Part shown: positions 24,939 through 34,325 of the stretch, in pieces
How positions within the stretch are numbered: the first letter of the stretch is position 1
Layout: each line of letters starts with the position of its first letter
Source: Planctomycetota bacterium
GTDB taxonomy: Bacteria; Planctomycetota; Phycisphaerae; Phycisphaerales; UBA1924
Direction of reading: 5' to 3'
DNA: 64,000 bases
Assembly: GCA_039821685.1 (NCBI GenBank)
Contig: JBCBNT010000003.1
Span: 2,603 to 66,602, forward strand
Position numbers and translations under genes: made by a program
The notes under the pieces: generated by a model
What the model saw: the letters and a program-made list of their open reading frames with translations, nothing else
What the model was told of the DNA's origin: nothing
The model's database searches: none

Positions 24939-27128
24939 TCACTCGTCGATCATTCCTAATTGCCGCATCATAAAGATGCGGCGGTCGGCGATGTCGCGGA
25001 CGCGCTGGTCGAGACTCTTGCCGCCGCCGTGGCCGGCCTTGCGATCCACCCATAGCAGCACCGGCTTCTCGCTCGGGCTGCTCGCCGTCGCGTTTTGCAG
25101 GGCAGCCGCCATTTTGCGGGCGTGGTACGCGTGTACACGGGTGTCGTTCTCGCCGGCGGTCAGGAACATCGCGGGGTACTCGACGCCCTTCTCGACGTTC
25201 TGGTAGGGCGAATACGCCAGGAGCGTCTTGAACTGCTCCGGGTCTTCGGATGAGCCGTACTCGGGCACCCAGTAGCGGGCCATGAGGAAGTCCTGGTAGT
25301 TGAGCATGTCGAGCAGGGGCACGTGGCACTCGACGGCGGCGAACAGGTCGGGCCGCTGCGTGATCATCGCGCCTGTGAGCAGGCCGCCGTTGGAGCCGCC
25401 GGCGACGCCCAGCTTGTCCGCGTTGGTGTAGCCGTTGTCGATCAGCCACTCGGCCGCGGCGATGCAGTCGTCGAAGACGTTCTGCTTGTTCTCCATCATG
25501 CCGGCCTTGTGCCACTCGGCGCCGTACTCGCCGCCGCCGCGGAGGTTGGCGACGGCGTACACGCCGCCGTTCTCGTACCACGGGAACATCGTCGCGCTGA
25601 AGCCAGGCCGCATGCTGATGTTGAACCCGCCGTAGCCGTAGAGGATCGTCGGGTTGTTGCCGTCGAGCTCGAGGCCCTTCTTGTGCACGATGAACATGGA
25701 GACCTCGGTGCCGTCCTTTGACGGGTACCACACCTGCTTGACCTCGACAATGCTCGGATCGACAGGGATGTCGGGGCGTGCCCAGAGCTCGCGGGTTTCG
25801 CCCATGTCCGCGAGGTCAACACGGTAGATGCTCGTCGGCTCGTTGTAGCTCGTGTAGGTCAGGAAGCCGGTGGTCCGATCGTCGGTTGTGGACAGGCCGG
25901 CCGAGCCGATGCCCGGCAGCTGCAGATCACCGAGCGACGCGCCCTTGTTGCTGTACAGGGCGAGCTTGGTGCTGGCGTTCTCGAGGTAGCTCACGCCGAA
26001 CATGCCGCGGGCGAAGCTGACGGACTGGATGACCAGGTCGTCCCGCTCGGGCACGAGGTCGGTCCAGCTGTCGACGTGCGGGTTGTGCAGGTCGACCTCG
26101 ACGACGCGGCTGTTGGGCGCGCCGATCTGCGTGGTCATCCGGAGCACGTCGCCGTCGAAATCGCTGCTGCCGATGCGGCCCGATTCGCCGATCGCCATGG
26201 GAACCAGCTCGAGGTCGCCCGTGCGGCGCCACTCGTCGAGATTGGCGATCCAGACATCGACGCCGCTCGTGCCCGTGTAGTAGCCCACGAGCAGCCAGCG
26301 GCCGTCTTCCGATGCCGAGCCGAAGGGTCCCCACGTCGTCTTCAGGGCTTCAAGCTTCGCTTCGTCGTAGCCGGCGACGGTTCCTATGGCATCATCGTAG
26401 AAGAACCCGATATCGCGCTGGCTGAAGAGCGTGATGTCTTCGCGCGGGTGCGTGCCGAGGCGGTGGTAGCGGTAGACGCCCGAGTACGCGTCTTCTATAT
26501 CTTCGAGCGCGTTGTAGAAGAAGCCCTCGCCATCGGGCGACCATTCGTCGAAGCCGACCTTGCCGGGCACGACGTCCGCGAGCCACTCGCCGGTATCAAC
26601 ATCAAGCACGTAGGCGGTCGTGTTCTCGTCGCCCGCGTAATAGGTGCCGAAGGCGACAAGCGATCCGTCGTGATTCGGCCTGTAGAAAGAGATCGTCGTC
26701 AGCCCGCTGGGATCGATCTCTTCGGGATCGAGCAGCACCTGCTCGTCGCCGTCAAGGCCTTCGCGCATGTAGATGACGGCCTGCGGCTGGCTGCCCTCGC
26801 GGCGGCTGTAGAAGTACCGGTCGCCGTAGGGGCGAGGGGCCGACACGCTCGGCACCTCCATCAGCTCGCGCAGCCTCGCCTCGAGCTCGGCGCGCCCATC
26901 GATCGTGTCGAGGAAGTCCCGCGTGTACTGATTCTGCGCGTCGGACCATACGGCGATCTCTTCGGTCACGCCGTTCTCAGGCCCTTCGAGCCACTGGTAC
27001 TCGTCGACGAGCGTCGTGCCGTGGTAGTCGATGCTGACCGGGCGAGACTCGGTCGCCGGCGGGTCGCCGGGCTGGGCACCCGAGTAACCGGAAAGGGCAA
27101 CGGCGAGAACGCAAGCGGTTCGAAGCAT
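24939..27128 (-). CDS. Prolyl oligopeptidase (S9A serine peptidase), secreted
   Basis: Evidence includes the signal peptide MLRTACVLAVALSGYSGAQ, a beta-propeller region, the catalytic motif GVAGGSNGGLL, and a C-terminal ..GHGGGKS.. segment typical of S9A. Confidence 0.9.
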   Translation of the reverse strand: MLRTACVLAVALSGYSGAQPGDPPATESRPVSIDYHGTTLVDEYQWLEGPENGVTEEIAVWSDAQNQYTRDFLDTIDGRAELEARLRELMEVPSVSAPRPYGDRYFYSRREGSQPQAVIYMREGLDGDEQVLLDPEEIDPSGLTTISFYRPNHDGSLVAFGTYYAGDENTTAYVLDVDTGEWLADVVPGKVGFDEWSPDGEGFFYNALEDIEDAYSGVYRYHRLGTHPREDITLFSQRDIGFFYDDAIGTVAGYDEAKLEALKTTWGPFGSASEDGRWLLVGYYTGTSGVDVWIANLDEWRRTGDLELVPMAIGESGRIGSSDFDGDVLRMTTQIGAPNSRVVEVDLHNPHVDSWTDLVPERDDLVIQSVSFARGMFGVSYLENASTKLALYSNKGASLGDLQLPGIGSAGLSTTDDRTTGFLTYTSYNEPTSIYRVDLADMGETRELWARPDIPVDPSIVEVKQVWYPSKDGTEVSMFIVHKKGLELDGNNPTILYGYGGFNISMRPGFSATMFPWYENGGVYAVANLRGGGEYGAEWHKAGMMENKQNVFDDCIAAAEWLIDNGYTNADKLGVAGGSNGGLLTGAMITQRPDLFAAVECHVPLLDMLNYQDFLMARYWVPEYGSSEDPEQFKTLLAYSPYQNVEKGVEYPAMFLTAGENDTRVHAYHARKMAAALQNATASSPSEKPVLLWVDRKAGHGGGKSLDQRVRDIADRRIFMMRQLGMIDE

Positions 27129-27179
27129 GGCAGATACCTCCACCCGCATCGTACCGAGCCCGCGGCTCCGGGTGCCGCC

Positions 27180-28148
27180 TTACTGCACGATTCCTTTCGT
27201 GAGCCTCATGAACGCGGTCTCGAGGTTCACAGGCTCTTCGCCGAACGACACGAGGCGGAACCCCGCGTTGACCAGCACGCTCGGCATGTCGCTCGGGCTC
27301 GTCGGGGCGTCGTCATCAAAGGTGACCTCCATCACCTGGCCCTCGGTGCTCGCCTCCCGCCCCTCCTCGGCCGCCTTGATCGCGATCTTCGAAACGCCAG
27401 ACACCTTGCTGAGCCGCTCGGCCGCCTCGCGCGTGCGGTCATGAACCGCCAGATGAAACACCCTGCCGACGCGCGCCCTGCGGAGGATCTCCGAGACGTC
27501 ACCAGAAAAGAGCAGCTTCCCTCGCTCGATGATCCCGACCTGATTGCACAGCTCAGCCAGCTCGTGCAAGATGTGCGAAGAGATCAGGATCGTCTTGCCC
27601 ATCCGCCTGAGCTCCTTCAGCAGCTCGCGGATCTCGATGCGGGCGCGCGGGTCAAGTCCAGACGCCGGCTCGTCCATCAGCAGCACGCGCGGATCGTGCA
27701 GCAGCACCCTCGCGATCGAGAGCCGCTGCTGCATGCCGCGGCTCAGCCCGTTGACCTCGGCGGTCGCCTTGTACCCGAGATCCGTCAGCTCGAGGACATC
27801 GCCAACGACCTTGCGACGCCGATCGCCCGCGATGTTGTACGCCGAGGCAAAGAACTCGAGGTACTCCTGCACGACCATGTCTTCGTACGCGCCCATGAAA
27901 TCCGGCACGTAGCCAATCAACGGGCGTATCTCGCGGTTCTGGTGCCCCACCGTTCGTCCCGCAACGTTCGCCTGCCCGCTCGATGGCTTGAGCAGCGTCG
28001 CGAGGATCTTGATGGTCGTCGTCTTGCCCGCACCGTTCGGCCCGATGAACCCGTAGCAGGTGCCCTCCTCGATCACGAGGTTCAGGCTGTCGAGCGCGAC
28101 AAGATCGCCGTAACGCTTCGTGAGGTTGATCGTCTCAATCATCGCCAT
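27180..28148 (-). CDS. ABC transporter ATP-binding protein (ABC-2/GldA-like, with a C-terminal extension)
   Basis: It has Walker A GPNGAGKTT, the signature LSRGMQQRLSIA and Walker B LLMDEPASGLD. There is a ~90-aa C-terminal domain. It overlaps the upstream gene by 14 nt. Confidence 0.92.
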   Translation of the reverse strand: MAMIETINLTKRYGDLVALDSLNLVIEEGTCYGFIGPNGAGKTTTIKILATLLKPSSGQANVAGRTVGHQNREIRPLIGYVPDFMGAYEDMVVQEYLEFFASAYNIAGDRRRKVVGDVLELTDLGYKATAEVNGLSRGMQQRLSIARVLLHDPRVLLMDEPASGLDPRARIEIRELLKELRRMGKTILISSHILHELAELCNQVGIIERGKLLFSGDVSEILRRARVGRVFHLAVHDRTREAAERLSKVSGVSKIAIKAAEEGREASTEGQVMEVTFDDDAPTSPSDMPSVLVNAGFRLVSFGEEPVNLETAFMRLTKGIVQ

Positions 28149-30546
28149 CGGCGGCGCTCTCCTCTCGTGTCGAGGTTGCTTCAGGAGGCGACGCCCGAAG
28201 CGGGTAGACCCAGCGGACGACGGCCGTGCCCTCGCCTCGCAGCGCCGACCACCCGCCCGACGCCCTGATCGAGAGCGGCAGCGGGAGATCTGTCTCAGGC
28301 GTGAGATCCACCGTGCCCAGCACGATCACGCACGGCTGGGTGAACCACTCTCCAAGATCGAGCCCGTGCGTCGAGCGACGGAGCCCGATCGGCCGTGCCC
28401 CGCGGGCGTCAGGCCGTGACGGCGGAAGCCGAGAAAGCAGCGCCGCCGCGAGCAGCCGATCGGTCGTTCGGCTACGGGCAGACACACCGGTCAGATCGCC
28501 GAGCGTCTCCGGGAGCCCGGCCGCCGCCAGGTCTTCGAAGAACGCAGCGTCCGCCCGCCTCGCCGCCGCGGCCTGCGTCTCATCGCCAGGAGCGGTCAGA
28601 GCATCAAGATCAAGCCGCTCGCCCGCCGACCACCCGCCGACCTGGGGCGAGAGCACGCGGGCCAACGCGATGTCCGCCCGCCCGACGCGCTTGGCAAGCC
28701 GCTCCTGCGGCGGCACAACGATCACGCGCACGTTCTCGAGCGGCCCGGGCAAACCGTGCAGAAGCTCGCCGCTGACCGAGCCGTCCTCCTGAAGCGCGAG
28801 CCGACCCGGTGCACCCGAATCGTCGATCGCGCGAAACGTCGACCACTGCCGCTCCCCGGACCAATCCGCTCGAATCGATTTGACCGTGGAGCGCGCGGGA
28901 AACCGCATGCGATCCGGATCCCTGCCCGACACCGGGTAACCCCGCACATCCGGAAACGTCACATCAAGGCCGCCCGCGCCGCGAATCGAAGGATCAGCCC
29001 AGGGCGCGAGCGCCGCTACCTCTTCGGGCTCACCGCGTCCGACGCGCACGGCGCCTTCGCCGTAGTCAGGCACGAGCACCGTCGCAAACGCCCTGGCAGA
29101 CGCGCGGGTCGTCCCCTCGACGCTGTCGAGAAACACGACCGCCTGCAGGTTGGCCTCGCGGGGCCTGAGCGCCGTCACGCCTCCCCACGTGATCGCCGTA
29201 AACGCGACAACGACACCGACGAACGCCACCCAAGCATGCCGCTTCAGGCCGAGCCGTGACAGTACCGCATAGCCCACCGGCGCCGCAAGGAGCCAATACA
29301 GGCCGAAAGCGCCAAACCCTGTCAGCACGCCGACGACAACCGCCTGACCCTGCGAGATCAGCCCGACGAGATCTGCATCGAAGTACCGCGGCTCGGTCTG
29401 CACGATCGCCAGATTTCGGTTGGCGTCGTCATCGCGAGGCAGCCCCGTCCGGCCGAGCACGCGGTGCCAGAAGGGCCGCATGCCGGGCATACCGCGCGAA
29501 GCAAGCGAACGGCTCGAGACATCGAAGCCGATCAGCGTCACCATGCCGAGCCCCTCGCGGGCACGCACGACGACCGAGCGCCCCGCCGCGTCTTGCAGGA
29601 TCGGCCACGCACGATCCGGCTCCGCCGACGCCAGTCGCGACAGAGCATGGACCACGAGCCGCTCGGGGATCTCAGCGCTGTCGTCGTACGTCAGCAGCGG
29701 CGCGAGCGCCTGCGAGGGCGTGACGCTGCGCGCCGCGCGCACCTCGGGCATCATCGGCCAGAGCGGGTTGCGGACCTCGTCGAACCACACCTGAGGCGAC
29801 GCGGGGAGCGACACCACCAGATGACCGCCCGAACGCACCCACGCCCGCAACGCCTCGGCACGCGACACGCTCAGCCGCGTCGGCTCTGAGCCGCTCCACA
29901 CGATCGTCTCGATGCCCGAGTATCCGATCGCGCGGTCGGGGAGCGACGCCGGCTCCAGATCCGCGAAGATATCCGTCGCCTCATGGCCCCTCGCCTGCCA
30001 GAGGTCGCCCGAAGACCGCCGCGACGCGTACCCCGCGAGGCCGGCCGGCTGCCGGCCGACCACGAGCATCGTCCCGAGCACGGGCGAACGGAGCGCGCGG
30101 CCAGCGGTGGTCGTCCGTCCCAGAAGCCGGCCCGATGCAAATCGCACGCCGCCCTCTTCCTGCAGCGCAGGCCCAGCAGGGACCGCCTCGTACGCCGAGA
30201 CCATCAACGGACGATCAATGTCGGCCGCCTGCAAGTAGGCGTACACCCAGACGAGCTCGTCGCCGGCACCGGGGTTGGTCGTCACCGTTCGCTGGTAGAG
30301 CGGGCTGTCGCCGTCGACGTCTCGGGTCGCGACCTCGAAGACGACCTCCCTCTGCACGATGCCGCTATCGCGGAAGCGGATCTGCACGCCCGCCCACTCG
30401 CTGGCCTTTGCCGACCCGCCGACGCCGATCGATACGACCTCAATCTGAACAGACCCCGCCGCCTCAGCGCCGAGATCCTGCGACACCGCCGGCCCGCCCA
30501 CCGCTGCAAGCATCGCGCACACAATCATCACGCCGAATCGGATCAT
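28135..30546 (-). CDS. Large hypothetical membrane/exported protein (803 aa) coupled to the ABC ATPase
   Basis: Evidence includes the signal peptide MIRFGVMIVCAMLAAVGGPAVSQ and central TM helices (VVVGVLTGFGAFGLYWLLAAPVGYAVL; AWVAFVGVVVAFTAITWGGV). The segment IETIVWSGSEP..AEALRAWVRSGGHLVV is reminiscent of GldG/DUF4350-type domains. The family assignment is not certain. Confidence 0.6.
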   Translation of the reverse strand: MIRFGVMIVCAMLAAVGGPAVSQDLGAEAAGSVQIEVVSIGVGGSAKASEWAGVQIRFRDSGIVQREVVFEVATRDVDGDSPLYQRTVTTNPGAGDELVWVYAYLQAADIDRPLMVSAYEAVPAGPALQEEGGVRFASGRLLGRTTTAGRALRSPVLGTMLVVGRQPAGLAGYASRRSSGDLWQARGHEATDIFADLEPASLPDRAIGYSGIETIVWSGSEPTRLSVSRAEALRAWVRSGGHLVVSLPASPQVWFDEVRNPLWPMMPEVRAARSVTPSQALAPLLTYDDSAEIPERLVVHALSRLASAEPDRAWPILQDAAGRSVVVRAREGLGMVTLIGFDVSSRSLASRGMPGMRPFWHRVLGRTGLPRDDDANRNLAIVQTEPRYFDADLVGLISQGQAVVVGVLTGFGAFGLYWLLAAPVGYAVLSRLGLKRHAWVAFVGVVVAFTAITWGGVTALRPREANLQAVVFLDSVEGTTRASARAFATVLVPDYGEGAVRVGRGEPEEVAALAPWADPSIRGAGGLDVTFPDVRGYPVSGRDPDRMRFPARSTVKSIRADWSGERQWSTFRAIDDSGAPGRLALQEDGSVSGELLHGLPGPLENVRVIVVPPQERLAKRVGRADIALARVLSPQVGGWSAGERLDLDALTAPGDETQAAAARRADAAFFEDLAAAGLPETLGDLTGVSARSRTTDRLLAAALLSRLPPSRPDARGARPIGLRRSTHGLDLGEWFTQPCVIVLGTVDLTPETDLPLPLSIRASGGWSALRGEGTAVVRWVYPLRASPPEATSTREESAADGDD

Positions 30547-30610
30547 CCGGCCACATCATAAGCCGCCGCGACGCACCGGCCCACGCTCAAGCCGGCTCAC
30601 TCGCCCGCCG

Positions 30611-30886
30611 ATGCTCTACCACATGCTGACGCTCACCCTGCTCATCGCCTTCGGAGCCGTCGTGGCCGTGCTCTATGCCTGCGCTATGCAGGTCAAGGAC
30701 GCCACCGCCCTGCACCAGCTCGCGATCGATGTCCACACGCTCCGGAACGAATACCTCGCCGGCATCCGCGGCGACGGCCCGGTCGGCGACGACGGCATCC
30801 CCATCGTCGAAGCGATCGACACCGACGCCGATCCGAGCCCAGCGGGCCAGATCGACGCAACCTCCCAGACCGCAGCAGCAGCCTAG
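30611..30886 (+). CDS. Small hypothetical membrane protein (91 aa)
   Basis: It has strong third-position GC bias in this frame and the N-terminal TM segment LTLTLLIAFGAVVAVLYACA. No homology was recognised. Confidence 0.5.
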   Translation: MLYHMLTLTLLIAFGAVVAVLYACAMQVKDATALHQLAIDVHTLRNEYLAGIRGDGPVGDDGIPIVEAIDTDADPSPAGQIDATSQTAAAA

Positions 30887-32334
30887 CCGCGAGCCTTGTG
30901 CAGCTCGTCAACCAAGATCGCGTGCGTCCGCGTGCCGAGGCGGAAGCAATCGAGCTCAAACTTCTCGTTCGGCGAATGCACCCGGTCGTCATCAAGGCCG
31001 AAGCCGATGAAGACCGTGTCGAGCCCGAGCTCGCCCTTGAGCAGCCCCGCCACCGGGATCGACCCGCCGCTACGGATCAGCTTGGGCTCCACACCCGCAG
31101 CCCGCTTGAGCGCTGCCATCGCGGCCCGCATCGCATCGCTGTCCGTACCCGTCGTCGCGGGCAGCCCGCCGCCGTGGTCGACTGTTTCCCACCGGCACCC
31201 CGGCGGCGTGCGCTCGTCGAGCCACGCAAAGAACGACTCGCGCACCGCCTGCGGGTCCTGATCAGCCACAAGCCGGAAGCTCACCTTCGCGGACGCGTGC
31301 GTCGGGATCACCGTCTTCGCTCCCTCGCCCGTGTAGCCGCCGATGATCCCGTTGATGTCGCACGTGGGTCGCGACCACTCCCGCTCGATCGCCGAGTACC
31401 CCGCCTCGCCCACATCCGCCTCGGGCGGCAGGCCGATGCCCTGCAGCGCGTCCGCCGCGTCGAGCCCAAGCGTGCGCCACATCGCCCGCTCCTCGTCGCT
31501 CACCTCCTGCACGCGATCGTAAAAGCCGGGCAGCGTCACACGCCGATCGTCGTCCCACAGCTGCGCGAGCACCTTGGTCAGTTCGTTGAGCGGGTTGGGC
31601 ACCTTGCCGCCCCACATGCCCGAGTGCAGGTCTTGGTCCGGCCCGTGCAGCGTCACCTCGGTGTAGGTCATGCCGCGGATGCCGTTGGTGATCGCAGGCC
31701 GACCCCGCCCGAGCATGCCCGTGTCAGAAATCACGCACACGTCGCACGTCGCGAGCCGATCGCGCTGCTCTCGCACAAACCGCTCAAGGTTGACCGAGCC
31801 GGATTCCTCTTCGCCCTCGATCAGCACCGTCATCCGCACGCCGCCGGCCGCGACGCCCGTCTCGGCGTGCCACGCGCGCATCGCCTCCAGAAACGTCGCC
31901 ACCTGGCCCTTGTCGTCCACGGCGCCCCGCGCGACCACCCGCTCGCCGACCTCGCCCGAAGCCGCCGAGATCACCGGCTCAAACGGCGCGCTGTCCCACA
32001 GCTCCACCGGGTCCGGCGGCTGCACGTCGTAGTGACCGTAAAACAGCACGTGAGGCCCGGCGTACTCCTCGCTCCCCGCGGAAGTCGCGAGCACGATCGG
32101 ATGCCCGGGGGACTCGGCCGTGCCCGTCGGCAGCACCTCGACATCAAATCCGGATTGCCGCAGATGCTCCGCGCACCACGCCCCGGCCGCCGCCGTCTGC
32201 TCGCGGTACGCCGGGTCCGTGCTGATCGACGGGATCCGCAGCCACTCGATCAGCCGATCGATCTGCTCGGTTTCGCTCTCGCCCAGACGCTTCAAGACAG
32301 CTTCGGTCAACATCACCGAGTCTAGAAACGACAA
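30883..32334 (-). CDS. M20-family dipeptidase / metallo-hydrolase
   Basis: Motifs: LIEWLRIPSISTDP, VLFYGHYDVQPPDP, GRGAVDDKGQ and LIEGEEESGS. Confidence 0.88.
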   Translation of the reverse strand: MSFLDSVMLTEAVLKRLGESETEQIDRLIEWLRIPSISTDPAYREQTAAAGAWCAEHLRQSGFDVEVLPTGTAESPGHPIVLATSAGSEEYAGPHVLFYGHYDVQPPDPVELWDSAPFEPVISAASGEVGERVVARGAVDDKGQVATFLEAMRAWHAETGVAAGGVRMTVLIEGEEESGSVNLERFVREQRDRLATCDVCVISDTGMLGRGRPAITNGIRGMTYTEVTLHGPDQDLHSGMWGGKVPNPLNELTKVLAQLWDDDRRVTLPGFYDRVQEVSDEERAMWRTLGLDAADALQGIGLPPEADVGEAGYSAIEREWSRPTCDINGIIGGYTGEGAKTVIPTHASAKVSFRLVADQDPQAVRESFFAWLDERTPPGCRWETVDHGGGLPATTGTDSDAMRAAMAALKRAAGVEPKLIRSGGSIPVAGLLKGELGLDTVFIGFGLDDDRVHSPNEKFELDCFRLGTRTHAILVDELHKARG

Positions 32335-32385
32335 CCGCCCGACGCTGGGCCGGGCGGTTGGTGCAGCTCATCTTGCGAGCGGAAC

Positions 32386-33525
32386 TTACGGGAGTCGGAA
32401 GCCGCTCTGACCGGTGTCGGAAGTCCCCTCGGGAAGCTCACGGGCGTAATCGCGTGCCTCTTCCGTCAGATTGCTCAAAGCCGAGCCGACCACAATGCTT
32501 CCGGAAGGGGCCCATCGGGACATGTCAGTGAAGACCTCGGTCTTCGTGAGGTTTTCTGTGTGGCCGTCGAAGAACACGGCGTTGATCGACTCGTTCTTGT
32601 GTCGGAAGGAGAGAAGCTGGTTAGTACCGGAACTGCCTCCTTGCACGGGGTTCTCTCCGTACGCGGTGTTTCGCGTGAACTGCGGTGTGCCCGACGTGAA
32701 CATTCCGAACGTCACTCCGCCGTCCTCCTCCGGGGTCACGTCGATGTCCAAGCCCTCAGACTGCGAGAAGTAACGCGTGCCGTTTGCCACCATAATTTTG
32801 TCCGCGGGCGAAATGCCGACCTGTTCGATCCGGCTGCGGAACCGTTGCGGCGTCTTGACCTGCGTTGATTTGGTGCCGTTCCAGTAGTCGGGGGCAAAGC
32901 CGAGGCGTGCCGCATTTGGGTCGCCGGTGTTGTTTGATGGCTGGCCGGGTACAAACCCGCCACCACCACCTCCTGAATTGGTCGAACCCCAGTAGGCGAA
33001 TGCGCCCGGCATGAGGTAGCTGACCTGCTTGTAGCCGCGGTTCTCGCCCAGGTACTCGCGGAAATCGTCCTCGTCTGTCGCGGCTGAGCCGGACCAGATC
33101 GTGTCGTTGAAGACCCGAGCGGCCGGATCGGCGAAGTCATTGAAGATATCGCCGGCGCGGCGTGCCCGGTTGGCTGAGAAGCCGAGTTCCTCGCCGATCG
33201 TCGGCGAGATGAAGTCCATGGTCTGGATCGGTGTCTTGGCCGTCGTGTTGCCGCTGTAGGTGTCGCCAGTTTCTTCAAACTCGCGCTGGCCGGCTCCGCC
33301 TGAAGTGTTGATCGCTGCGAAGAAATCTTTGTTCTCCGTCGCGTACGCGTACTGAGCGGTGCCCATCGAACGCTGCTGAGTCTGGTCGACCAGAGACCAT
33401 GCAGTCTGCCGAGCCGTGCCGAGAGCGGGAAGCAAGATGCCGATGAGCAACGCGATAATTGCGATCACAACGAGGAGTTCGATCAGCGTGAAGCCCCGCT
33501 GAGTCTGGTGCCGGAACGAGGTCAT
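32386..33525 (-). CDS. Prepilin-type N-terminal cleavage/methylation domain protein (DUF1559-like paralogue)
   Basis: The sequence [39 protein letters not shown] follows the internal Met (cat 33523-33525). The C-terminus has INAVFFDGHTE. Confidence 0.85.
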   Translation of the reverse strand: MTSFRHQTQRGFTLIELLVVIAIIALLIGILLPALGTARQTAWSLVDQTQQRSMGTAQYAYATENKDFFAAINTSGGAGQREFEETGDTYSGNTTAKTPIQTMDFISPTIGEELGFSANRARRAGDIFNDFADPAARVFNDTIWSGSAATDEDDFREYLGENRGYKQVSYLMPGAFAYWGSTNSGGGGGGFVPGQPSNNTGDPNAARLGFAPDYWNGTKSTQVKTPQRFRSRIEQVGISPADKIMVANGTRYFSQSEGLDIDVTPEEDGGVTFGMFTSGTPQFTRNTAYGENPVQGGSSGTNQLLSFRHKNESINAVFFDGHTENLTKTEVFTDMSRWAPSGSIVVGSALSNLTEEARDYARELPEGTSDTGQSGFRLP

Positions 33526-33562
33526 TGCAGGTCCTTCCATTTCTACGTCAAGCGTAAAACGA

Positions 33563-33934
33563 TCAGAGTGACTTCGCGCTGCCCGTGACAGCGACGGCCC
33601 CCGTTGAGCGATCAACGACGGGGGTTTCCCCGTCTTCCGTCCGGTTGCGGAACGCGTTTATGTACCGCGGCGCGATGGTCCATTCGCCGGACTCTTCGTC
33701 TTGGATAACCGGGTAGAGCGTATTTTCGCCCGTTTCCGGGTTTGTCATCGGGATGAGGACGGTCTTGCCCGCGGTATCAGCCGAGAACAGTTCTCCGGAA
33801 ACGACATCGGCGACAAACACGCTCGATTTGGTCTCGACCGGACCCATCGAAGAAATGGCGAACGCGACCCCGACACCGCCGGCAAGCAGGCCGATGACGA
33901 CGAGTGCGATCTGCCAGGGCTTTGCTCCGCTCAT
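33563..33934 (-). CDS. Small hypothetical N-terminally anchored protein (123 aa)
   Basis: The sequence MSGAKPWQIALVVIGLLAGGVGVAFAISS follows the internal Met (cat 33932-33934). It lies 37 nt upstream of the pseudopilin-like gene on the same strand. Confidence 0.5.
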   Translation of the reverse strand: MSGAKPWQIALVVIGLLAGGVGVAFAISSMGPVETKSSVFVADVVSGELFSADTAGKTVLIPMTNPETGENTLYPVIQDEESGEWTIAPRYINAFRNRTEDGETPVVDRSTGAVAVTGSAKSL

Positions 33935-34325
33935 CTCGTTCGCGTCCTTTGCGTCGGTCAGTGAGCGCTCATCCGCTCGTGCGTTCCGGGATTCCTCTGC
34001 GAAAGAGACTCGGACAGAGGTTGTCGGGAGGCCGTGATCGTAAACCAATCCGAGCTGGGCGGGAGAACACCCGACCTGCATGCGAAGGCAAATCGTAGCG
34101 AACCCCCCCCACGAGGCGAGCACAGGCCGATCAGCGGCTCCCCACTTTCGCCATTCTCACCACGCCTTTACAAACAGTTTGGTTTCTGAATGGACCTGCA
34201 TGGGCAAGCACGGACCTGCCCGATCGCTATCGGGTGTGATCGGGAGCCAGGGGTCACTCGGGCAACCGGCCGGCGTTGCTTCGACGAGGGCTGTCGGTTG
34301 CCCCATGCGTCGGGCCGAGCTCGTA

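Noticed and set aside
26076-28268. 730-aa plus-strand ORF across the prolyl oligopeptidase and ABC ATPase genes
   Set aside because: It is antisense to two confidently identified genes and spans their intergenic gap. It is Arg/Ala-rich shadow sequence.
30883-30886. Palindromic CTAG providing the stop codons of two convergent genes
   Set aside because: It is real in the sequence, but most simply explained by chance in a compact genome. It is mentioned under the convergent-overlap finding rather than as a feature.
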